A stretch of DNA of 63,795 nt, counting the filler, from Collodictyon triciliatum (taxonomy: Eukaryota), in assembly GCA_043381765.1 (NCBI GenBank). It is 5 parts of 5 records of this genome, joined end to end, with 100 filler letters (N's around TTAATTAATTAA, not from the genome) between each part and the next. Parts side by side here need not be neighbours in the genome. Positions count along the whole stretch, not along the records: positions 43,687 to 58,132 come from JBHJMP010001815.1; positions 58,233 to 63,795 come from JBHJMP010001896.1; 3 more parts are not named here. The stretch is one strand, 5' to 3'. The position numbers and the translations under genes are program-made. This document shows, piece after piece, positions 48,856-63,795 of the stretch. Every line of letters begins with the position of its first letter. Within the stretch, counting starts at the first letter, position 1. The notes under the pieces were generated by a model. It was not told where the DNA came from, did no database searches, and saw only the letters and a list, made by a program, of their open reading frames with translations.

Positions 48856-51800
48856 ATGGCCGAAGTCGCCCAAGAAGATGCAAACACATTCAGCAACCTC
48901 GCAAAGGCACTCGCAAACAATGGTTTGTCCAGAGCTCTCCCGCTTGCCCATCACTTGCTCGTACAATATGTTGCCCTTCTCTCTCCTTTCCAAGCTTTCC
49001 TCCTAATCGGCGATGTAACTGTGTCAGTTTAGCATCAAGCTTTCAGTTATCCTGCTCTCACGACCGCTGCTTTCTCACCTACATAATCAGAAAAGAAAAT
49101 TCGTGATGCGGCGATGAAGAGTCTGTCTTCCTGGCTCCTGCGTTCACAGGATATATCCGAGCTGGACATGGCCAAACTCTGCCGTGGATTGTTCTTCTGT
49201 AGGCATCTAGATCTTATCATTATATGTTGGTCTGTGAGAAACACCTATTTTTTTCTTTACTTGCTCCAGAATTCTCCGAGCTGTATCTATTCTCTTTTAT
49301 TCTTTTGTTTATATAATTATTATCTATATTATTGTCTATGAATGCACACGTGTATTCAACTCGCTGCTGGCCAAGCCATCATTTTTTCAACACTTCTCAA
49401 TGTCATCGCTTAGGTATGTGGTGGTCGGATAAACCTCTTATTCAGATGGATGTAGCTGAGAGGATTGCAAAGCTTGTAGCGACGTATCAAAGGGAGGGAA
49501 TACCCATTGCAGAAGCCACCAAAAAGACTCTTTTATTTATTCGCACCATGATGGCTGAGATAGACTGTGAATGGATTCGTATTGATCGATTGAGGTTTCG
49601 TATAGTCCTTATTTCCACTCTAAATGAACCAGCATGTCATAAATAAAAGAGAGAGAGAGGGAGAGAGAAAGAAAAGAAATGACTTTGCTTTTTTTTCTCT
49701 CCCGCGTAATTGTCTCGATTAGCAGAATTTCTCTAAAAAATAAAAAAACCGATAAAATATTATAAAATGTAGGCTCGATAAATTTTACTCTCTTATTCGA
49801 AAGCTAATATATCAGAGTATGATATTGGTTATTCGTTGGGAGATGGATCCAGTTTTTTGCACACCTTTTTTCGAGTTTCTAAGAAGCGAAGTCATATACC
49901 CCAATCTGAACAAGCCCAGCGGCATTCGCTACCATGTCATTGACTTATATATCGATGCCATCAAGTTTTGTCTAGAACAGGCCTATCCCCAACTCGCCAA
50001 AATTGAAGAGAACAATGGCCAAGTGCTGGATTTAAAAATACCAGATGCTGCTATCGATTTATTTTTGAGCCCTATCTTTTCGTTGATACCAGATATCCAT
50101 GATAAAATTTATGCAAGACATGTTTCAGAGATGATATTTGAAAAACTGCTGGATGAATCCTTTATCCCTTATTTAAATCTGAACCATTTGGCCTCTTCGA
50201 TATTCTCTGTGGCCGGTCAACCGTATGTGTGAAAATAGCCATCATTATTATTCATGTATATTAGACATCCGCAAGTTATGACTCGACTATGTCTTATAAT
50301 ATATGCAAGACTCAGTATGATTTGAACATTTACATACCGCCGCATATACTAAAAATTTTCTCTCTCGTAATGGCAGTAAAACATCTGGCTATCTCCGAAG
50401 ACTGCTTTACGCAGTATACGCAAAATACCAAAAGAAGAACCGTGATTTGTACCCTGATGTAGTTATTTAACATCTACTTTACAATTTTTCAATATATGTT
50501 TTCGGTATTTTTATCATAATTATTCGTAAATTATCTGAATTTGAAAATTCTAAAAAGATACCCTCCTATGAATCACACATGGGGAGAAAAAAGTCGCTGC
50601 TGGCTAATGTGGAATGCTGATTTAAACATTTATATGTAGCAAAAATGGGTCTTAGCCACCGACGAACAGGATAATAAGTCCGGAGAGAAGCGAAAAAGGT
50701 CCACTAAGAACGACAAGCTAACAGAGAATATGGATAGTACCCTGACAACTGATATTCCTCTTGCCAGCAATACTGAGTCAAATCAGAGTGTGAATATCAT
50801 TGATGAATCAAGTGAAGATTTTTCTTTGACTATTTCATACTAACGCTCATATTTTCGTAATTTCTATGGGCGATGTTATACAATTGTTACATCATGCATC
50901 GTGGTCATGCGACCATCTTTTGCCTCAATTGAGAAAGACATGCATTTAACATTGAATGTACTAATGGTACCCACCAATTCATAGAATCAGAGACAAAGCC
51001 AGACAAGAAGAAAAAGTCCAAAAAGATAAAACAAGAGCCCCAAGTCGCAGAAGAACCAAGTTCTCAATCTGAAGTTGTAGAGTCCGCCGAGCCACCTCAC
51101 AAGAATGCACCCGTCGAAGCTGTGAGCTTTTCATCATATGAGATACACCTTCTTTCCTACCTTCTTTCTTTTTTGTTTCCCTTTTACTGATGAGTCATTC
51201 CATTTTTCTTCAACATATATCTTTCTGAAGGCACAGTTTCTTTATGGTCCGCAACTTATACCCAGTGTTTTAGTACATGACACTCTTACTATATCTACTA
51301 ACCTTGGGTGTATCGCAACCCAGGCCCCAGAAAAAGAGGCACCTGCACAAGCTGAGACCAGTCCATCCGGCCCGTCTGGCCTGCCCCCAAAAGCATCGAA
51401 AAAGAGCAAGAAAAAAAGCAAGGCAGACTCGCAGGCAGCTCTGTCTGAGATACCCACCGAAGCAGAATATCAAGAACCCATTCCATCACCCACAGAGGTG
51501 AAGAATGAGATAAAGAGCAACACAAAAGGCAAGAAAAAGAAAACTCAGCCGGAACCCGAGAAACTGCCGCCGGCAGATACGGGCTCAGCCAAGAAGAAAG
51601 GTGTAATCTTTGGGTTGGAACATAATACTGTCAAAGGTAATTTATAATATACTTTCTCAATTTACATGAGCCTATTCATCACATCATTACTCTTGCTGTG
51701 TGAAATTTTTTTTTTATTACAAAGCGTGTTTAAAACACTAATCATGTGCATTTTATTTTGCATGAATATTCGATCAGTGAATCATATTTTGTTGATTTAT

Positions 51801-52010
51801 TCTTCCTCTCTCTTTCTCGTCTTCTAACCAACAATCACAATCAAACTATGCTGGACAAGCCTAATGCCGATACATCACACAGAGTACGTCAAGAATGAAA
51901 TGATGGACGGACCAATCACTCCTGTGAAACTCTCTCGACCGCGCTTTGGCGTCCTGAAATCTCCGTCTCCAGTTGCAACGCGCAGACAATTGCACATTGC
52001 CGACGAATAA
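48856..52010 (+). CDS. RRP1: Ribosomal RNA processing protein 1 (Nop52 domain)
   Basis: LAKALANNEKKIRDAAMKSLSSWL, MAKLCRGLFFCMWWSDKPLIQ, EWIRIDRLRLDKFYSLIR, GIRYHVIDLY; K-rich tail with KKGVIFGLEHN. Confidence 0.9.
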
Positions 52011-52393
52011 ATAGTCCAGAGCGCAGTTTCAGATTATTATAATTATTCTTATTATCATTATGATTTGATAACCCGTGATGCTTTTGTTTACGAGGCGATG
52101 GAGCACACAGCTGTGTATTTCTATACCCGGTATTGTTCCATTTACATGTGAGAATATATGATATACGAAACCGTATGGATGTTTGTAGATTATATCGTAA
52201 AAAAAAAAAAAAAACACGACTGAGGAAACAATGTTGGGAAGGCTACAACCTAGATTGTTGTGTGATTGTATTCCCAATTTGTTTTCTTTGTACTTTTTCT
52301 CTCTCCATTTCATCTGGTTTCTGTGCTTTCCCTGCTTTCCTATCATTTATTCCGCTTCAGAAGATGTTCCTGTTCAATAAGCGTGTCGCAAAG

Positions 52394-57785
<5,392 letters not shown>

Positions 57786-58132
57786 CTTCAACTTTGGGGT
57801 TTTAACAAAGTTATTTAAATAGAAAGGTCAAAGAGAAGAAAATTAGTTCCGCGTCTCTTTGGTAACATTCCAGTAATTAAATGATGGTATAAAATATAAT
57901 AAAAGAGGTATAATTCTCTTTGTAGAGTAATTTTAATTTCGTTTTTTTTTTGTTTTTTTGTTTTTTTGTTTTTTTGTTTTTTTGTTTTTTTGTTTTTTTG
58001 TTTTTTTTTTTTTTTTTTTTAATAATTTGAATTGTGTACAGAAGAAAAAATATGGTTGATTGACAAATATGAGTGGAACTCCTTTTTGTATATCTTATAG
58101 ATTAGTGTATATCGAATTGGTATGCAATTGCT

Positions 58133-58232
58133 NNNNNNNNNNNNNNNNNNNNNNNNNNNNNNNNNNNNNNNNNNNNTTAATTAATTAANNNNNNNNNNNN
58201 NNNNNNNNNNNNNNNNNNNNNNNNNNNNNNNN
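58133..58232. other. Artificial scaffold-joining spacer N44-TTAATTAATTAA-N44
   Basis: Same 100-nt structure. Confidence 0.97.
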
Positions 58233-58471
58233 TGTATGTATGTATGTATGTATGTATGTATGTATGTATGTATGTATGTATGTATGTATGTATGTATGTA
58301 TGTATGTATGTATGTATGTATGTATGTATGTATGTATTATGTATGTATGTTATTGTATGTTATGTATGTATGTATGTATGTATGTAATGTATGTATGTAG
58401 TATGTATGATTGTATGTATGTATGTATGTATGTATGTATGTATGTATGTATGTATGTATGTATGTATGTAT
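58233..58471. repeat. (GTAT)n microsatellite
   Basis: Visible. Confidence 0.96.
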
Positions 58472-60546
58472 GTGTTTGCTCTTTATCCTACCCGTTAAAA
58501 CAATCCAAGACACAAAGTCTTCTCAGTCTTTCTTGGCTGAGTTTTTAATTAATTACACGACAGGGAAGAGGATAAAGCCCACGCCGAGAAGAAACGTTTA
58601 CATGTTTGATATTTCCATTGTTGAAGACAAAAAGCAAGCGTGTTGCATTATCATCCAATTATTTATTTTTATTGACACTTGAGTTTGCGGAATTGTAAAC
58701 TTAGGAAAAAACGGCACGTCGCCGCTGTCTTGACCACTGGAAAAAGATTTAAAGGAAGAGAAGCAATCGCCCAAACGGCGCGAGTGGACCTGATTCATCA
58801 AGCAACCGTAAATGAATTGATTATTTGTAATTTTTATGGTGCCAAATGGTGTTTAATCAGCGGTCTCCTTCGTTCGATTTGACAGCAATTCATGTTCTCA
58901 ATGTTGTCGTCTGATTACTTTTTCCGTGGCATGTCCTGTTTCAGGGATTCAGTGTCGGAGAAGCAGGTACGGGCTCTCAAGAACACCAGCTCGGGCATGT
59001 ATGATTTCATACCGGCGCTGGAACCTGTTAAGAAGGTTTGTCCATACCAGTATATTCAATTCTCTCTGGATGCAATCTTTCCACTCGTCTTTCAACAATC
59101 ATGAGGCTAACCGGACCATTTAATTTTACGAATCTGAAAATTCATTGGTTTGTCGCTCGCAGGAGAGGGAGGCCACACCAAGCCAATCTACCATAAGAGA
59201 TCATCATGATTGTACCAGCGTTTGTTTGTCTAGTTTGTTTCTCAAGCGCCATCGTTAATACCCCATGGACTTAGGAACAAATAAGAATCAACCATAGTCT
59301 ATTTAGAGTGGTTCGAATAAAGAAGCCGCAATGTGCATTCTACGACTATCGGAACTCTTCGCCTTTGCTTCAAAATTATCCCGGGAGTTGGACTTAATTT
59401 CCTTTTTTCTTTTTCTCTTTTCTCTGCTGTTTTATGTCATTGGGTTTTTAGAGCTTTTCTATTGTCCAGCTATCTCCTTCCCGTTCTAAACTAAGGGTTT
59501 CATTTTTTGTTTTGTTTTTTGTTTTGTTTTTTTTCGTTTCTTTGAAGGCTGTAGAGTAGAAAGAAAATGTGAGATTGCTGGCGCAAGTTCAAGGGAGCAA
59601 GGCAGTTATGACAAGCGAGGGTATTGTCGGTCTTACTTTGGTGCTTGACTCGGAGGCATGGAGAAGGCCCAAAGTCGGCGCTTCAGGATGACACGTGTGG
59701 CGGGAGAACTTGGTCCTCGGGCGAAAAGCGGTGCTAAATATCGGCGTTTACAATTCATATAGAATGTGCTTTTTAAAAAGAGTGAATAGCCAAGTCTGCC
59801 TTTAAAACAAAAAATAAATGAAATGGGTTGTTCTTAAATATTACCAGGGATGGGCGCTGCGTGTTTCCAAACTGGCATTTTCTTTGCATTGTTTCTAAAG
59901 TGTTTAAAGAACTTGATTTTTAGGTTTGCACTCTTGAGACACATATTAAAGTGATGCAAGTGGCAGAGGGAAACGCGGGATGCTTTTGGGTCTTCGTACC
60001 TGTGGTGAGCGGAAAGGAGACATCTTACTCCGAAGGGTGTACGTCTTTTGGCATATTGTCGCATTTAAAACGAAGGTACATGGTAGTCGACGGTTCTTTT
60101 TCCTTTTTTTTTTCCTTTCCTTGTCCTGGATTTGGTCGAGAGTCAGGCTTTTAGTCAGGTGGCTTAACAGGAAGCGGAAAGTGAAAGAGCGATCTCGGCG
60201 GACTTGTGGTTGATTCTATGGCCTTTCGATATCCACAAGACTTTCCTCACTTGTTACTGATTATTTCGTTTGTGGCGGCTGATTCAATCTTTGTGCCAAC
60301 GTGGAATTATTCGGCAAATCCGCACTCTGCTCAAGTATGGGGTAGACCCAACATTTCCTATTTCGTGGAAGAGGGAAAGAACTGGATTTTGCAATCTACA
60401 CCCAGACAACTTGCCGCATATCCGCGTGTTGTGGCTCTTTGGCTGCGTCTTTTTCCCTTTTTTGAAGTCCATCGACTAGCTACTTCTTTTTAGTGTTGTT
60501 CTTTGGGATGGATGCCGTGTAGTTTGGCCTTTATTTCTTTGACAGC

Positions 60547-62640
60547 TTGCGTTATATGTCTCGATGGTTCCGGGGAGGGGTTGTACTTTATAGCGATGTG
60601 ACAGGATCTGCAATCTCACCGCCAGGATACTCCGTGGTGTTTTCAATCTTGCCCTTACCAGTCGGCCAAGGCGGTTCTTGAGTCCCTCGATTCTGCTCAA
60701 GGTCAAGGACACGTGGGCAACCCATTTGTGGCACGGAAACTGTGGTCCACCCTCGTCGATGAGGCCCTTTGAGAGCCGAGAGAGAGCGGTCTTGGATGCA
60801 GGAGCCTTTTCCACCCTGGCCATTTTGGAGTCGTGATCTGTCGACGGCCCGATATTTGACGGTGATTTATAACATAATTTCAGTCTCACATCCTACTCCT
60901 TCGATGGCTGCTGTTTTTTCGTCTTTTCTGGGAGATTTCTGAAAACGAAACAACGCGGTCATCTGATGGCTTTGTTAAAAAGAGTAGCTCAACCCAAGGC
61001 ACAGAACGCGGATTCTTTTTCTGCAGCCGGGGACTTTCCCTTGGAAAACCATTCTGCCGTTGCAGCATTATCGGGTTAGAGTGCGATTGGATAAAAAGAT
61101 TTTCGCAGGAAATCATATTTCGTCGTCAGTTACCCCAAAAACAATAAGAAAAAGGGAATTTTTTTTATTGGCCACTTAAGCGGACACTACAATTAACATG
61201 CTTTCCAATATAGTAGCTACGTATAATTATGAGAATCAGGACGTTTTTCGAGGATAGAAAACTAGTTAACAAACTGGTTGGGTAAAATTCCCGAGTGTTG
61301 CTTGCTTCTCAAGATTCTCGAGGCCCCGATGTTGCGACATTGAACGCCTTCAGTTAGAATTGTTATAGCCAATGCGTTGTTCACTGGACTCTAGAACTTG
61401 AATGATGCGGTGTTGCAACTCAAGGAATACAGATTTATCAACAGTTTAGAGTTCATTTTCTACCATTAGTGTAAACCAAAAGAATAACGTATATCAAAAC
61501 TACGTATGTTTTCAACGTGAGCAATTAGCGAAAATTAAACCAAAATATAGCGCCATGAAAGATAATGAGGTGCGGTCGAAATAGAGTTTGGTGTACGATG
61601 ATCTGGAAATAAACGTTCCATGTTTGATGGAGGGGATAATGTTGGTTTTGGCTTTACCAAGCTCCCAAAGTTTGAATATTTTTTCACCCAGCAACGCTGC
61701 GAGGCAATGTCGTAGCAATATGATCTCGCTGCCACAGGTAAGATTCAATGGTTGTGTATTTGATAAAGAAGCCAAATGCGTTGTATTGTAGTAGTCTTCG
61801 AGCTCTTGGTATACTTGTTTTGAGAGAAAATAGTAAGGAGTACTCAACATCCTTAGAACACAGATTATTTTCTTTATCAGATAACAAGTCGTGTGGAAAT
61901 CTCAATTAAAACTATTGGATCATCAGACATTGTAGACCGAGTTGGTCACATTTTTATGCACTTTTTAACACGTGTTAGAAACAAATTGAATACAAACATG
62001 CGAAATAGAGAAAATGCTATACAGGGAAACGCCCCAATATTATTCATTGTAAATTTCATTCAATAGATGTTGGGGAAGAAAAATCCCGTGAAAGTAGAGG
62101 AAATTTATTTTAAATTAAAAACTATCCTTATAGTTACTTGACGAATCAGATAGAAGACTGAGAGAACAAAATAAGGATCTGTTACAGTCCCAAATCAACC
62201 AATACTCTGGTATTCTTCAACAGGTTGGCTTTTGGCTCGTGGCTCAAATCAGAAGCCAGTATCTTCAACTTCTTCAATCTTCAATTCGACACACATGACT
62301 TGCATCGTGATCTTGATCTCAGCGAGTTACATTACCCAGGAATGAATAACTTTTGGTTTGTCTACAGAAAGCAAGTGAGTGAGGTGAGTTGGTGCAGTAG
62401 GAGAAGCAGAGGGCCCAGTTCACTTTTGTTGCACTCAAGGAATTAAATGTATGCACGCTTGACCAGAGTTGGTGCTTTTACCGTTCGACTGCTGCGCTGG
62501 CACTTAGAACAGAAAACGAACCAGTCGCGAGGGATCGATGTTCTCTTCAAAGTCCTTCACGAAAAAGGAGTACAGACTCCACAAAGATTTACAGCGGCCT
62601 GGAACTTGGATCTTTTGCGAGGAGGCCTCCAACTTGCTGT
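60547..62640 (+). pseudogene. Probable decayed multi-exon gene or mobile-element relic
   Basis: Exon-like AG...GT-bounded blocks with protein-like frames carrying scattered TGA/TAG stops; no recognisable family. Confidence 0.35.
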
Positions 62641-63628
62641 GAGCTGACTTGCCACAATCTTTTTATAGTTCAAGAAGCATAGTTAGTCGACAGGGCATCG
62701 AAAAGAATACAAAAACGGACAGTGACAACGACAAAAGTAGCAAAATGAAAAAAGGGAGCTTTTGAAAAAAAAAGTGAGGGAGGGACATAAGAAAAGGGTT
62801 TGATTAAAAATACTAGTTGTTTCAGTGGACGTAAGCTGTAATAACCACTTCTTGAAACGTGAAGACGTGTCCAGTTGATCAAAGTCTCCAGCAAACTGAG
62901 GCACCCGAGCTTCGGGCAATGCTGAATATAGCTCATGGTTTGTTTAGAAACTGTTTTGTGTTCTTTTACTCTTTAAAGATAAGTTGTTTAGTTCGCATAC
63001 TCACCGTTGGAATATGAGCTACTTCTGCATCGTTACTTTGTCTTTAGAATCGGGTTCGGACTATAACGCTATGTGTCCTTTCTGAGGTGGCTGGGCTTAA
63101 AACAAAGCGAAAGAAACTGCACCACTAGTATATGAACAAAGAATTTCGAGACACGCTCTCGTTCTTTTCACTTTAATTGAAACTTCTATTGTGTTGGGCT
63201 CTTGTTTGTTATTTGGAAAGTTCTTCCAGCAGTTTTTTCTCTGGCCAGGCCACCTTTGCCGTCTGCTGGCGTGATGCGATCGAATCCTTCTCCCAGATTC
63301 ATCAACAAAAAGAGATTCACTAAAACGTGATTCAGAACGCGTTTTTCCATATTTGAATAAATTCTGTGAAAGTTTCTTGATAGGGTGGAATGCAATACTC
63401 AGGATTTTTGTTTTGGTCTTTGTCCGTTTATCAAATCATTTTTTATTAGAACTCCAGGACCTCCACTTTTTAATTTGCAATACAACCAACACTATGATTC
63501 TTTTGGCAGATTTTTGCCATCTGATTCAATGGCATGAAAGCCCGCATAATTACTTTTCTTCATATCATTGTTGCCCAAAAAAAAAAAAAAAAGGAAAGAG
63601 AGGAGGCAGGAAACAGTAAGGATTGGTA

Positions 63629-63712
63629 GAAAAGGAAAAGGAAAAGGAAAAGGAAAAGGAAAAGGAAAAGGAAAAGGAAAAGGAAAAGGAAAAGGAAAAG
63701 GAAAAGGAAAAG
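63629..63712. repeat. (GAAAAG)n microsatellite
   Basis: Visible. Confidence 0.95.
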
Positions 63713-63795
63713 AAACTACAGCATCCTTACAGCATCAGAACCGACCGCGCAGAATCTCTCAAATGACCTCAAAGAACACCAGTAAAATCGGAGTG

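Noticed and set aside
60547-61737. In-frame TGA/TAG as evidence of an alternative genetic code
   Set aside because: Conserved genes in the window have no internal stops, and the gene models end with TAA, TAG and TGA

Overview
Intron-rich eukaryotic (protist-like) nuclear DNA, not prokaryotic. The window is five unrelated scaffolds joined by an artificial N44-TTAATTAATTAA-N44 spacer about every 14.5 kb, so gene adjacency across the spacers is not real. Hand-spliced gene models: SNF2/ATRX-like protein with all ATPase motifs degenerate, PNKP, a partial Xaa-Pro aminopeptidase, TMEM42-like, a membrane RING-finger protein, Rab22/31, a PH+Clu-domain protein, a myristoylated Roco kinase with a C-terminal SAM domain, an intronless GT92-like glycosyltransferase, a coiled-coil protein with a Vps16/VIPAS39-like tail, a plant-type heat-shock factor, RRP1/Nop52 and STT3, plus many microsatellites. 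The most striking signal is in splicing. The Rab gene needs an AT-AC intron whose donor (ATACCAGT) departs from the U12 consensus ATATCCTT but has a U12-like branch point, and an STT3 intron shares the RTACC donor plus TTCTTAAC close to the acceptor. This hints at a diverged minor spliceosome on a background of very relaxed major splice sites. All models were spliced by eye; no database searches were run.
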